DNA of 64,000 nt from Dehalococcoidia bacterium (GTDB lineage: Bacteria > Chloroflexota > Dehalococcoidia > Lucifugimonadales > UBA6952), in the NCBI GenBank assembly GCA_022450525.1, contig JAKUQA010000006.1:912-64911 (forward strand), in the 5' to 3' direction. Within the stretch, counting starts at the first letter, position 1. Each line of letters starts with the position of its first letter. The translations under genes and the position numbers were made by a program. Positions 41,701 through 51,964 of the stretch are shown piece after piece. The notes beneath the pieces are model-generated. The model saw only the letters and a list, made by a program, of their open reading frames with translations. It was not told the DNA's origin and ran no database searches.

Positions 41701-42504
41701 CTTGATTTATTAAGAGACTGGTTATCTGAAAGAGGATATAACTATGAAGATATTTATCGAGAAGATATAGTAGGATTAGCCACTGAAGCTTGTCATCGTA
41801 TCTGGCTAAATAGTCGTAATATACCTACTGAAGGTTTGTCCAGAGAAGACTTGAACGACAAAATTAGAGATTTGAATGCCAAGCATGATGATGTTCCACC
41901 TACTTTTGGAAAAACCAAACTCTACGATGGAAGAACAGGTGAAGCATTTGATATGCCAGTGACTGTAGGTTGCGTATATATGCTTAAACTCATTCACTTA
42001 GTTGAAGACAAGATACATGCTAGATCTACAGGCCCATATTCGTTGATAACACAACAACCTCTTGGAGGTAAGGCTCAATTTGGAGGCCAAAGATTCGGAG
42101 AAATGGAAGTTTGGGCTCTGGAAGCCTATAGCTCAGCTCATAATTTACAAGAAATGTTAACAGTTAAATCTGATGATGTATTAGGTCGAGTAAAAACATA
42201 TGAATCTATTATTAAAGGTGAGGATATAGTACAACCTGGAATTCCAGAATCATTCAATGTTCTTTTGAAAGAATTACAAAGTTTGGGTCTGTCAGTTGAA
42301 TTACTGCGAGAAGCAGACCAACCTTTCGGACTATTAAATGAATATGATGAAGCAGCCTTACTTGATATGGATATAGAAACCGATCAAATTATTCCAAGTT
42401 TTGAGGATGATGATATTGCATCTAATTTGGATACTGCTGGCAATTTGGCAAATTTGAAAGATCGAGATTTTATTGATTCTGTAGATGTTGAAGAAGAACT
42501 TTAG
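38728..42504 (+). CDS. rpoB: DNA-directed RNA polymerase subunit beta
   Basis: Start set at ATG 38728, behind AAGGAG (38712-17). The track ORF begins 54 nt earlier at TTG. Conserved blocks: [84 protein letters not shown]. Confidence 0.97.
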   Translation: MVAIEPSANIKRIENSFASSTLEASVPNLIQVLSQSFESFKTEGMTELLNEISPIEDFNNTRYELNFVGHEFREPKYSESECRELEKTYASALYVTAQLKIKQTGEIKENQIFLADIPFMTTNGTFIINGAERVVVSQLVRSPGVYFTVEEDPVTGRKMGNAKFVPYRGAWLEFETSSRDIISVKVDRKRRIPVTTFLRAIGFDSPQAILDEFKSFDTDTDHTYIKTTLDRDPNAIERKDALIELYRHIRPGEPPTLENSEAMLHNLFFNPRRYDLGRVGRYKVNKRLGSDYNIEDKTLTKSDIIAVVKKILDINNGRETPDDIDHLGNRRVRAVGELIQNQLRVGLVRMERVVKERMTINDPETTTPSSLINQRPVGAAVREFFGGSQLSQFMDQTNPLAELTHKRRLSALGPGGLSRERAGFDVRDVHHSHYGRICPIETPEGPNIGLLGSLATYARTNEFGFIETPYRTVVHELQSHDGELIGRTINEPVRDDQGKTIIRKGSVVTNRTFAKLSSLPEMNIKVQAYVTDKPEHIHYLSADDEEKFVIAQANAVLDEKGQISSEKIEVRRGEDFAIESPDQIDYMDISPKQIVSVSTALIPFLEHDDANRALMGSNMQRQAVPLLRPDAPIVSTGMERRVAIDSGQVVISDVDGEVTVCGSDYIAIRDNQGKDYEYQLRKFFRTNQGTCMNQRPIVFKGDKVYAGQPIADSSSTDGGRLALGQNVLVAFMSWEGYNFEDAIIVSERLLQEDKFTSIHIEKHECEARDTKIGPEEITRDIPNVGEESLRNLDEDGIIMPGAEVGPGDILVGKITPKGETDLSAEEKLLRAIFGEKARDVKDSSLRVPHGERGKVTKVSIFSRDNGDDLPAGANKLVRVWIAQTRKISVGDKMAGRHGNKGVISRIMPVEDMPYTADGTPVDIILNPLGVPSRMNLGQVLETHLGMGAKGMNFDAVTPVFDGASDVGIQDTLAKSWFVTESGCIQKHGSIDLDLLRDWLSERGYNYEDIYREDIVGLATEACHRIWLNSRNIPTEGLSREDLNDKIRDLNAKHDDVPPTFGKTKLYDGRTGEAFDMPVTVGCVYMLKLIHLVEDKIHARSTGPYSLITQQPLGGKAQFGGQRFGEMEVWALEAYSSAHNLQEMLTVKSDDVLGRVKTYESIIKGEDIVQPGIPESFNVLLKELQSLGLSVELLREADQPFGLLNEYDEAALLDMDIETDQIIPSFEDDDIASNLDTAGNLANLKDRDFIDSVDVEEEL

Positions 42505-42563
42505 ATATCGGCAAATTTAGTATCAATTTGCATATATAAATACACAAAGAGGTAGAAAAAAGG

Positions 42564-45500
42564 ATGACAACTGAAACTCCTGAATTTAATGCGGTAAAGA
42601 TAGGTATAGCATCTCCAGAACAAATTTTGAACTGGTCTTATGGAGAAGTAACCAAACCTGAAACAATAAACTACAGGACTTTGCGTCCAGAAAAAGACGG
42701 CTTGTTCTGCGAAAAAATATTCGGTCCAACTAAAGACTGGGAATGTTATTGTGGTAAGTATAAAAAATTACGTTATAAAGGCGTAATTTGTGATCGTTGT
42801 GGAGTTGAAGTTACACGAAGTAAAGTTCGTAGAGAAAGAATGGGCCATATAAAATTAGCAGCACCAGTTGCTCATATATGGTTCGCCAAAGGGTCTCCCA
42901 CACGCTTAGGTTTATTGTTAGATATATCACCAAGAAATTTAGAAAGAGTTTTATATTTTGCTCAATATATTATTACATCAATAGATCAAGAATCTTTAGA
43001 TTTATTGTTAAGTGATATGCGTGAACAGGAAGAACAAATAGAGCAAAATAGTATGGAGGCAATTCTTGCTGCGGTAAATAATTATATTGATCATAATAAA
43101 TTAGAATATGGTGTATTTGATCAATCAAATATCGCAAAATTACTTGCCGTTTCAGAATCAGACGATGATAAAGAGTTGGTTAAAATTTCTCAAATCGCAA
43201 CGGAAATTAAAGCAAGTTTTGAAACTTCTTTAGCACAAATTAAAATCAAAATAGACGACATTGAGCAAGTAGCACTTATGCAGCTTCTTACAGAAAATCG
43301 ATATCGTGAACTTAGAGATTCACTAGGAGATAGGTTTACTGCTGCCATGGGGGCAGGTTCAATCATGGAAATTTTAGAAGGTATTGATCTAGATGTTCTC
43401 AGAGATGAACTAGCTGAAGAAATAAAAGTAACAGCAGGACAGAGACGTAAAAAGGCTGTTAAAAGACTAAGAATTGTTGAATCATTTCGTCGTAGTGGAA
43501 ATCGTTCAGAGTGGATGATAATGACTGTTTTACCAGTACTACCTCCAGATCTACGACCAATGGTACAACTTGATGGTGGCCGTTTTGCTACTAGTGATTT
43601 AAATGACCTGTATAGAAGAGTAATAAATCGAAATAATAGATTAAGAAGATTATTAGAACTTGAAGCTCCGGAAATTATTGTTCGTAATGAAAAAAGAATG
43701 TTACAGGAAGCCGTAGATGCTTTAATTGATAATGGTCGACATGGAAGAGCTATTGCTGGTAGTCATAATCACAAATTAAAATCATTATCAGATTTGTTAA
43801 GAGGAAAACAGGGACGGTTTAGACAAAACTTACTTGGAAAGAGAGTAGATTACAGTGGAAGATCTGTAATTGTTGTTGGCCCTGAATTAAATATGCATCA
43901 GTGCGGCTTACCAAAAAAAATGGCATTAGAATTATTTAAACCTTTTGTGATGAATCGATTGGTTATGGAAGGCCATGCACATAATGTGAAAAGTGCAAAA
44001 AGAATGGTAGAAAATGGTAGAGAAGAAGTTTGGGATATTTTAGAAGAAGTAATCTCGGGTAGACCTGTTCTTCTTAATAGAGCTCCTACATTACATAGAT
44101 TAGGTATTCAAGCTTTTCAGCCAGTATTAGTAGAAGGAAGTGCAATTAGGTTGCATCCGTTAGTTTGTACGGCTTTTAATGCCGATTTTGATGGAGACCA
44201 AATGGCTGTACATGTACCATTATCAGAAGAAGCGGTTAGAGAAGCTAGCGAAATTATGCTTAGTACTCACAATATGTTACGACCAAGTTCTGGAGAACCA
44301 ATTGTATCACCAACCTTAGATATAGTACTCGGTTGCTATTACCTCACACATTTCGAAGATGATACAGAACATACAAATAATAAATATTTGAGTCCAGAGA
44401 GTGCTAGGCAGGCATATGATGCAGGTTTAATTGAGTTACATGATTTGATATCGATTAAAGTAGAAGATGAATGGATTGATACGACTGCTGGGAGAATAAT
44501 ATTTAATGAAATTCTTCCAGAAGAATTATCCTTCAGGAATGTTGTAATGAATTCAGACAATTTAGGAGAATTGATTAACGAATGTTATGCAGAGTTAGGA
44601 AACCTAAAAACAGCTGAGATATTGGATTCAATTAAAAAAATTGGATTTGGTTATGCCACAAAATCTGGTACTACAATTTCAATAAATGACATTACAATTT
44701 CACCTAAAAAACAGGCTTTGATAAATCAAGCAACTGAAGATGTTGATGAAATTGAAGAAGAATATCTAAATGGGTTGTTAAGCGATGAAGAACGCTACCA
44801 ACGATCAATAGCTATATGGACAAAAACTAGCGATGATATGACAGGTGTAATAAGAGAATCTTTACCTGGCTATGGTGGAGTTTATATGATGGCAAATTCT
44901 GGTGCTAAAGGTAACTTGGCCCAAATTAAACAAATGGCAGGTATGCGTGGTTTAATGAGTAATCCTCGTGGAAGGATTATTGAATTACCAATTAAATCAA
45001 GTTTCCGTGAAGGTCTTTCTGTGCTGGAATATTTTATTTCAACACATGGTGCTCGAAAAGGATTGACAGATACAGCTTTGAGAACAGCTGATAGTGGATA
45101 TTTAACTAGAAGGCTTATTGATATTTCCCAAGATGTCATTATATTGCATGAAGAATGTGATGCTACAGAAGGTTATTGGATTGAAGATGAGCCTGATAAT
45201 CCATTACGTCCTCCTTTTGAGTATAGAATTACTGGAAGAGTTGTATCTGAAAAAGTAACTCATCCAGATACTGGAGAAATTTTAGCTGATGAGTTAGTTA
45301 CTATCGATAGATTAATGGCAAAGTCAATTCTTGAATCCGGGGTAAAACGGGTTCAGGTACACTCTCCTTTAACTTGTACTTGTTGGCGTGGTATATGTCG
45401 AATGTGTTATGGACAAAGTCTAGCTACGGGTCAAACTCCACTTATTGGTGAATCAATAGGAATTATTGCTGCCCAAAGTATTGGGGAACCAGGAACACAG

Positions 45501-46673
45501 CTTACAATGAGAACATTCCATACAGGAGGAATCGCTGGTGATGATATAACTTCAGGGTTACCTCGTGTAGAAGAATTATTTGAAGCTCGAGTTCCAAAAG
45601 GTGTTGCAACTTTAAGTGAGATTGATGGAATTGTTGAAATAGTCAATGATTTAGAAGTTCGACGTATTGTTGTAACTGATGAACGAGATGTTGATGAAGA
45701 GTATATTCTTCCTGAAGACTACAAATTTATTGTTAAAAATAAACAATCAATTGAATTAGGTGACATATTAGCAGAATATAAACCAAAGAAATCTTCTAAG
45801 AAACCTGCGGATGATTCTGAAGAAAATTTACCTTTGATTGCTAAAATTTCTGGAATTGTAGAATTAAATAAGACTTCTATAAAGCTGAAATGGAAAGAAA
45901 TACAAAGACGTGAATATTTAATTCCACTTTCTGCTAGTTTAAATATAACAGACGGTGAGGTTATTACTGCTGGTACAGCTTTGACAGTAGGTCCTCAAAA
46001 CCCTCAAGATATATTGCGTATTTTAGGTAGAGAAGCAGTTCAAAAATATCTTATCTCTCAAGTACAAGCAGTGTATCGATCTCAAGGAATCACAATTAAT
46101 GATAAACATATTGAGATAATTGTTCGTCAGATGTTAAGAAAAATTCGAGTTGATCAGGCAGGAGACACTGAACTTTTACCAGGCGAAATGATCGATCGAT
46201 TTGTCTTTGAAGAACAAAACAGAAAAATCGTTGAAGAAAATGGCAATCCTGCTATAGGTAGTCCGGTTCTTCTCGGTGTTACTAGAGCTTCTTTAAATAC
46301 TGAAAGTTTCCTTGCCGCTGCATCTTTCCAAGAAACTACAAGAGTATTAACTGAAGCAGCAGTGAGCGGGTCTACAGACCCCTTACTTGGACTTAAAGAA
46401 AATGTAATTATTGGTAGATTAATTCCTGCCAGACTGGATATATCGGAAGAAGGTCGTGAAAGATACAATCTTCCTTATTACGATGACAGTATTTCAGTTT
46501 CAAGCTCTGATGAGGATAAAGATTTAGCAGAAAGCTTGTCTATAGCTGATGATATTATTTCTTCTGATCCATTTGCGGCTGTACAAATCGAAGACGTGGA
46601 TGGGGTAGATTTTCTATCTAGTGGTTTCCAAGTGGAAAATGAAAATACTGATGAATCAAAAGAGGATTCGTAA
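42564..46673 (+). CDS. rpoC: DNA-directed RNA polymerase subunit beta'
   Basis: 1369 aa. Zn-finger [23 protein letters not shown], catalytic [12 protein letters not shown], trigger-loop region [16 protein letters not shown]. Confidence 0.97.
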   Translation: MTTETPEFNAVKIGIASPEQILNWSYGEVTKPETINYRTLRPEKDGLFCEKIFGPTKDWECYCGKYKKLRYKGVICDRCGVEVTRSKVRRERMGHIKLAAPVAHIWFAKGSPTRLGLLLDISPRNLERVLYFAQYIITSIDQESLDLLLSDMREQEEQIEQNSMEAILAAVNNYIDHNKLEYGVFDQSNIAKLLAVSESDDDKELVKISQIATEIKASFETSLAQIKIKIDDIEQVALMQLLTENRYRELRDSLGDRFTAAMGAGSIMEILEGIDLDVLRDELAEEIKVTAGQRRKKAVKRLRIVESFRRSGNRSEWMIMTVLPVLPPDLRPMVQLDGGRFATSDLNDLYRRVINRNNRLRRLLELEAPEIIVRNEKRMLQEAVDALIDNGRHGRAIAGSHNHKLKSLSDLLRGKQGRFRQNLLGKRVDYSGRSVIVVGPELNMHQCGLPKKMALELFKPFVMNRLVMEGHAHNVKSAKRMVENGREEVWDILEEVISGRPVLLNRAPTLHRLGIQAFQPVLVEGSAIRLHPLVCTAFNADFDGDQMAVHVPLSEEAVREASEIMLSTHNMLRPSSGEPIVSPTLDIVLGCYYLTHFEDDTEHTNNKYLSPESARQAYDAGLIELHDLISIKVEDEWIDTTAGRIIFNEILPEELSFRNVVMNSDNLGELINECYAELGNLKTAEILDSIKKIGFGYATKSGTTISINDITISPKKQALINQATEDVDEIEEEYLNGLLSDEERYQRSIAIWTKTSDDMTGVIRESLPGYGGVYMMANSGAKGNLAQIKQMAGMRGLMSNPRGRIIELPIKSSFREGLSVLEYFISTHGARKGLTDTALRTADSGYLTRRLIDISQDVIILHEECDATEGYWIEDEPDNPLRPPFEYRITGRVVSEKVTHPDTGEILADELVTIDRLMAKSILESGVKRVQVHSPLTCTCWRGICRMCYGQSLATGQTPLIGESIGIIAAQSIGEPGTQLTMRTFHTGGIAGDDITSGLPRVEELFEARVPKGVATLSEIDGIVEIVNDLEVRRIVVTDERDVDEEYILPEDYKFIVKNKQSIELGDILAEYKPKKSSKKPADDSEENLPLIAKISGIVELNKTSIKLKWKEIQRREYLIPLSASLNITDGEVITAGTALTVGPQNPQDILRILGREAVQKYLISQVQAVYRSQGITINDKHIEIIVRQMLRKIRVDQAGDTELLPGEMIDRFVFEEQNRKIVEENGNPAIGSPVLLGVTRASLNTESFLAAASFQETTRVLTEAAVSGSTDPLLGLKENVIIGRLIPARLDISEEGRERYNLPYYDDSISVSSSDEDKDLAESLSIADDIISSDPFAAVQIEDVDGVDFLSSGFQVENENTDESKEDS

Positions 46674-46724
46674 TTTCTAGAAATATCCTTATTTCAGACT
46701 CTTATCTACAATATGATATAGGTA

Positions 46725-46747
46725 ATAACTATAACTATTATAGTTAT
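46725..46747. repeat. Perfect 10-bp inverted repeat with 3-nt spacer in the rpoC / prpD-family intergenic region
   Basis: ATAACTATAA-CTA-TTATAGTTAT. All ten positions pair. There is no downstream T-run. Confidence 0.6.
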
Positions 46748-46841
46748 CATGGTCTTGATTAATATCTGATATGGGTAGATAATACTGCTTTCTCAAAAAA
46801 TTAATTTGTAAAGATGATGTTTTTAAGGAAGTGAGGTTTAT

Positions 46842-48218
46842 ATGTCTACTACAGAAAAATTAGCTAAATTTGTTATTGAATCAAAATTTGATAGCTATCC
46901 TGAAGAGGCTTCAAGCCAAATAAAAAAATCTATTTTAGATGGGATAGGTACATGTTTAGAAAGTACGATTCGTCCAATAGGTAGGATAATCAGTGAATTT
47001 ACAGAAGAATTGGGTGGAAACGCAGATTCTCGATTATTAGGTAGTGGAATTGAAACCTCAGCAGTAAATGCTGCTTTTGCAAATGGTGTATTGACTCATG
47101 GAGCCGATTATGACGATAGTGGTAAAGGTTTCGGTCATACAGCATGTGTTTTAATGCCAACAGTATTAGCCCTAGGGGAACAATATAAACTTAGTGGTAA
47201 ATCTATAATGGATGCATTTACAGTTGGTTTTGAAGTTGGATCAAAAGTTGGTTTAAATATTGGTGCTGACCATTATGAGAGGGGTTGGCATAAAACTTCA
47301 ACTATGGGAGCACTTGGCGGCGCTGCCGCAGCAAGTAGAATTCTAGACTTATCAGTAGATGAGACAAGAGCAGCTCTAGGAATAGCAACTTCAACTGCTT
47401 CAGGCGTTCGTGCAAATTTTGGTTATATGACTAAACCGTATCACCCAGGCAATTCTGCTCGTGGAGGTATTGTTTCAGCTATGCTTGCTAAGAAAGGGTT
47501 TAGTGCAAACCCATCTTCTATTGAAGGCCGTCATGGTTATTTTGCAGTTTTTGGAGATCTACAAGCAAATTTAGATGGTGTTACTGAGAATTTAGGAAAC
47601 CCATTAGCTATATGTAATGCAATACGAATTAAGCCTTGGCCGTGTTGTGCAGGAACTCATGCTGCTTTGACATGTTTGGAGGAGATAAGTGCAGAAACAA
47701 AGATCAATCCAGATGATATTGCTGAAGTTGAGGTATTAATTAGCCAAGAACCATTGGAAATAGCACCTAATATGTGGGATCCTCAAACTGGTTTTAATGG
47801 CAAATTCAGTCTTTGGTATGTAATTGCCGCGTATTTACTGGATAATAAATTAGACATCAATTCATTTAGTGATAGAAAAGTATTAAGATCAAAAGCCCAA
47901 GATTTAATTGGCCGTATCAATATTAAACAACATAACGATTTTGCTCATTTACCATCTCGAGCTATAGAGTCTGCTAGATTTAATGAAATAAGTATAAAGA
48001 TGAATGATGGAACGGTATTGTCACACAGAGTTGAAATTGGTCGTCATTTACAAGGTGAGGACGTTAAAACTAAATTTCGAGATAATGCTAGACTTGCAGG
48101 TCTAAGTAAAGCACAAATAGAAAGACTTATTGGGTTAATTGATAATTTAGAAGACGTTGAAGATGTTACATCCATAGTGGATGCTTCTATAGCAAATGTA
48201 GCTACAGGTATTGATTAG
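46842..48218 (+). CDS. MmgE/PrpD-family protein (2-methylcitrate dehydratase-like)
   Basis: 458 aa. Typical LAKFV....F...P start, GVLTHGADYDD and HPGNSARGG segments characteristic of the MmgE/PrpD family. Confidence 0.75.
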   Translation: MSTTEKLAKFVIESKFDSYPEEASSQIKKSILDGIGTCLESTIRPIGRIISEFTEELGGNADSRLLGSGIETSAVNAAFANGVLTHGADYDDSGKGFGHTACVLMPTVLALGEQYKLSGKSIMDAFTVGFEVGSKVGLNIGADHYERGWHKTSTMGALGGAAAASRILDLSVDETRAALGIATSTASGVRANFGYMTKPYHPGNSARGGIVSAMLAKKGFSANPSSIEGRHGYFAVFGDLQANLDGVTENLGNPLAICNAIRIKPWPCCAGTHAALTCLEEISAETKINPDDIAEVEVLISQEPLEIAPNMWDPQTGFNGKFSLWYVIAAYLLDNKLDINSFSDRKVLRSKAQDLIGRINIKQHNDFAHLPSRAIESARFNEISIKMNDGTVLSHRVEIGRHLQGEDVKTKFRDNARLAGLSKAQIERLIGLIDNLEDVEDVTSIVDASIANVATGID

Positions 48219-48278
48219 AAACTAATAATACAATCATACATTTCTTTTAGATTTAGGATTAATTGCTATAATAGAAAA

Positions 48279-48680
48279 ATGAAATATACAAAAGAGACTA
48301 TTACAGGTTCTTTCTTGCGTGAGTTTGGGATTTCATCAAAAACTTTAGAACACACGCGAATTATCTTAGTTCGATACATTCCTTTCCCTGCATTTACATG
48401 GCCATCTATATTTGGAAATCCTGTTGTTTTTATCTCTGAGAAGAAACTGAAATTTAATAAAGAAAAACAAATAAAAGATAAGAAAAGCCTCGCTTTTGTA
48501 TTGTATCAGTATTGTCATGCTCATCAATTATTGGAATGGGGTTCGTTTCTTTATCTTTGGAGGCATTTTTATCATAGAATATTTTCGCGTAGCACACCTG
48601 TAAGACATTCGCATGTAGAAAGAGAATGTTATGCAAGGGTAGATGAATTGATGGCTTCTGATATGGAAATAAACAATTAG
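48279..48680 (+). CDS. Hypothetical protein (weak DUF4157/zincin-like resemblance)
   Basis: 133 aa ORF in an especially AT-rich stretch. Pattern LREFGIS..L.HTRII...AFTWPSIFGNPVVF....LYQYCHAHQLLEW loosely recalls DUF4157 domains but lacks an intact HExxH. Coding status is uncertain. Confidence 0.3.
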   Translation: MKYTKETITGSFLREFGISSKTLEHTRIILVRYIPFPAFTWPSIFGNPVVFISEKKLKFNKEKQIKDKKSLAFVLYQYCHAHQLLEWGSFLYLWRHFYHRIFSRSTPVRHSHVERECYARVDELMASDMEINN

Positions 48681-48766
48681 GTTTTTGTAAACTGTAAAGA
48701 AAATAGTGTAAATCAGAGTAGATACCAAGTATAATTTTGACGGTAGAATAAATTAAGGGAAAAGAT

Positions 48767-49540
48767 ATGATCAACATAGATTTAAATGGGAAAAAAGGTA
48801 TAGTTTTTGGTGTTGCGAATCATAGAAGTATCGCTTGGGCTATATCACAAAAACTTTTAGATGCAGGAGCTGATGTTACAATTGCTTATCAAAATGAACG
48901 CTTCAAGTCTGGAGTCGAAAAACTCATAGACGGTTATAGTAATGCATCGTTAGAAGAATGCGATGTTTCAAGCGATGATTCGATTACAGATTTATTTTCT
49001 AATTTAAAAGATAAATATCAGAACATAGACTTTTTAGTTCATAGTATTGCTTTTGCTCCTAGAGAAGATTTAGCTGGTGATTTTTCTGAAACTTCTCGAG
49101 AAAGTTTTAATATAGCTTTAGAAATAAGCTCTTTTTCATTAATTTCTTTGGTCAATAACGCAACAAAATTAATGAAAAATGGCGGGAGTATTCTTGCACT
49201 TACTTTTCAGGCATCTCAATCTGTATACCCAGGATACAATGTCATGGGTGTAGCCAAAGCTGCTTTAGAAAATGAAGTAAAACAACTAGCAGCTGAATAT
49301 GGTTCTAGAGAAATTAGGGTTAACGCGCTTTCACCAGGTCCTATGGATACGTTAGCTGCTAGAGGCATTCATGGATTTATAGATATGAAAAAGATTCACG
49401 CTGAAAAAGCGCCTTTAAAACGAAATATCACACATGACGAAGTAGGTAATGCAGCATTATTTTTATGTAGTGATTTATCGACAGGTATCACTGGTACAAT
49501 TTTACCTGTTGATGCTGGCTATCACATAATGGCTGTATGA
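48767..49540 (+). CDS. fabI: Enoyl-ACP reductase (NADH), FabI
   Basis: 257 aa. GKKGIVFGVANHRSIAWAI start, HSIAFAP, YNVMGVAKAALE (Tyr/Lys catalytic pair), SPGPMDTLAA. Confidence 0.88.
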   Translation: MINIDLNGKKGIVFGVANHRSIAWAISQKLLDAGADVTIAYQNERFKSGVEKLIDGYSNASLEECDVSSDDSITDLFSNLKDKYQNIDFLVHSIAFAPREDLAGDFSETSRESFNIALEISSFSLISLVNNATKLMKNGGSILALTFQASQSVYPGYNVMGVAKAALENEVKQLAAEYGSREIRVNALSPGPMDTLAARGIHGFIDMKKIHAEKAPLKRNITHDEVGNAALFLCSDLSTGITGTILPVDAGYHIMAV

Positions 49541-50100
49541 GTACTAAGAAACTAAAACTTAAACGTATTCCCGAGGGTAGATCTGGTCATTTTTCTATAA
49601 TTCATCGTTATCACCCTCATCTATACTTCAATGGTAAATATATCCGCTACACAGGCGCTATGTTAATAGACAATGAAACAATGTGGATGAGTGATGGCCC
49701 TGAGGAACGTTTAACAATGTCCAGTGCTGTTCGGTGGTGTCCAAATAATGCAGATGTATTAATTGGAGGGTTAGGGTTAGGTATTGTTCCACGATGGTTA
49801 GAACAAAAAGCTAATTCTATAACGATAGTTGAATTTTCAAGAGATGTAATTAATCTTGTTTATGATTATATTAAAACAGCTAAGATGAAAATAATTCATG
49901 ATGATATAAATAATTATTTAGATAAAACAGAAGAAAAATTTGATTTTGTGTATTTAGATACTTGGCCAGATTTAGACGCCAGTCGATTAGATGAAATTAC
50001 TCACCTAAAAAAATTATCAAAAAATGTTTTAAAAAACGAAAACAGTCGTGTAATTTGTTGGGGTGAAAATGTTGTAAGGAAGGCAGCAACAAAGGTTTAA
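49537..50100 (+). CDS. Spermidine-synthase-like SAM-dependent methyltransferase-fold protein
   Basis: 187 aa. VLIGGLGLGIVPRWL (glycine-rich loop), ITIVEFSRDV, IIHDDINNYL, FDFVYLDTWPD. Confidence 0.5.
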   Translation: MSTKKLKLKRIPEGRSGHFSIIHRYHPHLYFNGKYIRYTGAMLIDNETMWMSDGPEERLTMSSAVRWCPNNADVLIGGLGLGIVPRWLEQKANSITIVEFSRDVINLVYDYIKTAKMKIIHDDINNYLDKTEEKFDFVYLDTWPDLDASRLDEITHLKKLSKNVLKNENSRVICWGENVVRKAATKV

Positions 50101-50993
50101 TTAGTATTTTTGCGTTCTGATTGTCTTGCTCTTCGAATTTCACCAGCTCGTGCCAGAATAGCTCTATTAGATTCATTAACTTCCATATATTCCTTACGCC
50201 ATTCGTGTGTGTGCCATGTATAAGGAGTTTGTATGGATGTTCTAGGAAACTTAGCTTCTTCCAAAAGAGTTAATGCCATCTTCGTAATTTCAATTTGCAT
50301 TTCTGAGTCATATGGCAATCCAACTGGATTACCAAGAGGAAAATCTGAAAATATAAATCTTGGCACTCCACACTGTTCAACTATGTCTCGTGCTGACCCT
50401 ATTATTACTGTAGGAATATTATTTTTTTCAAGATGTCTTGCAATCAAACTCACGGTTTGATGACATACAGGTCACAAAGGAACTAGTAGAGCAACGTCAA
50501 CTTGGTCTAGTTGCATATAATTCAGTATTTCTGGAGCAACATTTTGATTAGTTTTCCTTTGAGAATAATCAGTAGGAGCACCATAAAAGTTTTTTGAAAT
50601 TGATTTTATTACTCCTTCTTCTACAAGAGTTTTAAGATGATCTAATGGGAAAAATGTACCCAAATCATGAGTGTGCGTTGCTTTTTTATCCCATGATCTG
50701 TCCATTGTATAAAGTGCAGGAGGAGTAGGTGTTGTCGGAAAGTGATAAGTAGATCCGATTTGTAATATGCCAGGATCAAAATCAAGTGATATATCAGGAT
50801 TTGGTAAAGATGCAGTAGTTACAAGGCCAACATTACATTCGGACAAAGGTTTAGTTAATTTTTGAAAAGGTACGTGGTCATTTACAGCCCATCGATAAGG
50901 GACTTCATAACCTTGTGCCGCATAAAAATGTCGTGACTTATCAATATATGAAACAGCTAATCTGTAGGCAGGATTAAATTGCTCATCATTCAT
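50097..50993 (-). CDS. GrdB/PrdB-family (glycine/sarcosine/betaine/D-proline reductase protein B-like) selenoprotein, Sec encoded by in-frame TGA at 50472-50474
   Basis: Track ORFs 50472-50993 and 50097-50453 share one frame and are separated only by TGA plus six sense codons (PVCHQT). The joined 298-aa product reads QVDVALLVPL-U-PVC-HQTVSLIARHLEKNNIPTV...FPLGNPVG. This parallels the Sec region I recall from clostridial GrdB (DAVILTST-U-GTC-TRCGATMVKEIERAGIPVV...PLGNP). There is no SD before the GTG of the second ORF, and a SECIS-like hairpin follows the TGA. Confidence 0.8.
50443..50461 (-). promoter_or_regulatory. Candidate bacterial SECIS hairpin
   Basis: On the mRNA: UGA, 10 nt (CCUGUAUGUC), then AUCAAAC-CGUGA-GUUUGAU. 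This is a perfect 7-bp stem with a 5-nt loop containing GU. The lower stem is extendable (G-C, U-A, U.G) past a C/U mismatch. The loop lies about 20 nt from the UGA. Confidence 0.6.
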
Positions 50994-50995
50994 AA

Positions 50996-51964
50996 TTAAT
51001 CTAATCCATATAGTTCTTTAATTTCAGGCACATCATGAAGTTTCAGAGCATTGATTGCATTTTTCCAACAGATTTTATCTAATACTTCATCTTTCCATGG
51101 GAGGGAGAAAAAGAAATTAGTATAATTTGTTAGGTTTAATAGAGGATATGCACTACCAAAAATAAATCTATCTGCTATACCCCAAGAACTATTCACTGCT
51201 TTAACCCAATCTTCAGTACCTAACATAGTCAAATAAGCATCAGGAGATACATATATATTATCTCTTCGCATGCTTGCAATAGTAATAATTTCTCTTATGT
51301 ATGGATAATGGCCATGGCCACAAATTATTGTTAAATCTGGAAAATCATGTGCTACTTGATCAATATATTTAGGATGTGCATAGTCAATATTTAGTCCTCC
51401 TAATGGTCCAGATGTTTGGGGGCTAATTGCTATATCTAAATCAAGGCATTTTTGATATATAGGGTAAAGACGTGGGTCTGCTAGATTATCAGCATAATTT
51501 GGACCTCTACCAGGTTCAATAAATACAACTTTAAATCCTAGTTTTTTACAACGTTCTATTTCTTCTAATGGATCATGAAAAACACCCCATGCATCAATAC
51601 CTGCACATGCTACAAACCTAGCAGGATTTTCCTTTTGGATTTGTGCTTGTTCATCATTAGAAGTTGTTCGTTCTGGAAATACACTATGACCTAAAGTCAT
51701 ACCTTTGTTCATTCCTGATACAGATACGGCTGTTGTTACTCCTGCCTCGTCAAGATCTCGAAAGAATGATTCTATAGAACCATCTTTAAATGCATTTATA
51801 GAATCATAAGCTCCACTATGCTGTGTGCGCTGTCTAAAGTAGTCGGATTGTGAAGCAGTTGTTAATCTACATCGCATATCAATAATTTTTGGTCTTTCAG
51901 ATTTAGGTAGCATATTTGATCCACCACCCATGTCTTGGAATGCTAAAGTATTTTCATTTACCAT
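50996..51964 (-). CDS. Amidohydrolase_2-like TIM-barrel protein (atypical metal-ligand positions)
   Basis: Start set at ATG 51962-64 (MVNENT), behind AAGGTGGGG. The track ORF is 21 codons longer. ICGHGHYPY and RFIFGSAYPL resemble amidohydrolase_2 (ACMSD/LigI type). The usual N-terminal IDxHxH reads IIDMRCRL instead. Ends 2 nt before the selenoprotein gene. Confidence 0.5.
   Translation of the reverse strand: MVNENTLAFQDMGGGSNMLPKSERPKIIDMRCRLTTASQSDYFRQRTQHSGAYDSINAFKDGSIESFFRDLDEAGVTTAVSVSGMNKGMTLGHSVFPERTTSNDEQAQIQKENPARFVACAGIDAWGVFHDPLEEIERCKKLGFKVVFIEPGRGPNYADNLADPRLYPIYQKCLDLDIAISPQTSGPLGGLNIDYAHPKYIDQVAHDFPDLTIICGHGHYPYIREIITIASMRRDNIYVSPDAYLTMLGTEDWVKAVNSSWGIADRFIFGSAYPLLNLTNYTNFFFSLPWKDEVLDKICWKNAINALKLHDVPEIKELYGLD

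Noticed and set aside
42511-42531. Short hairpin GCAAATT-TAGTATC-AATTTGC between rpoB and rpoC.
   Set aside because: It has only 7 AT-rich base pairs and no T-tract. It could be an RNA processing site but is indistinguishable from chance in this composition.
50472-50474. Possibility that TGA is globally reassigned (code 4 or 25) rather than encoding Sec.
   Set aside because: TGA terminates at least three well-delimited genes here (24707-09, 25960-62, 36336-38), with the next gene starting immediately. Other genes show no internal TGA interruptions.
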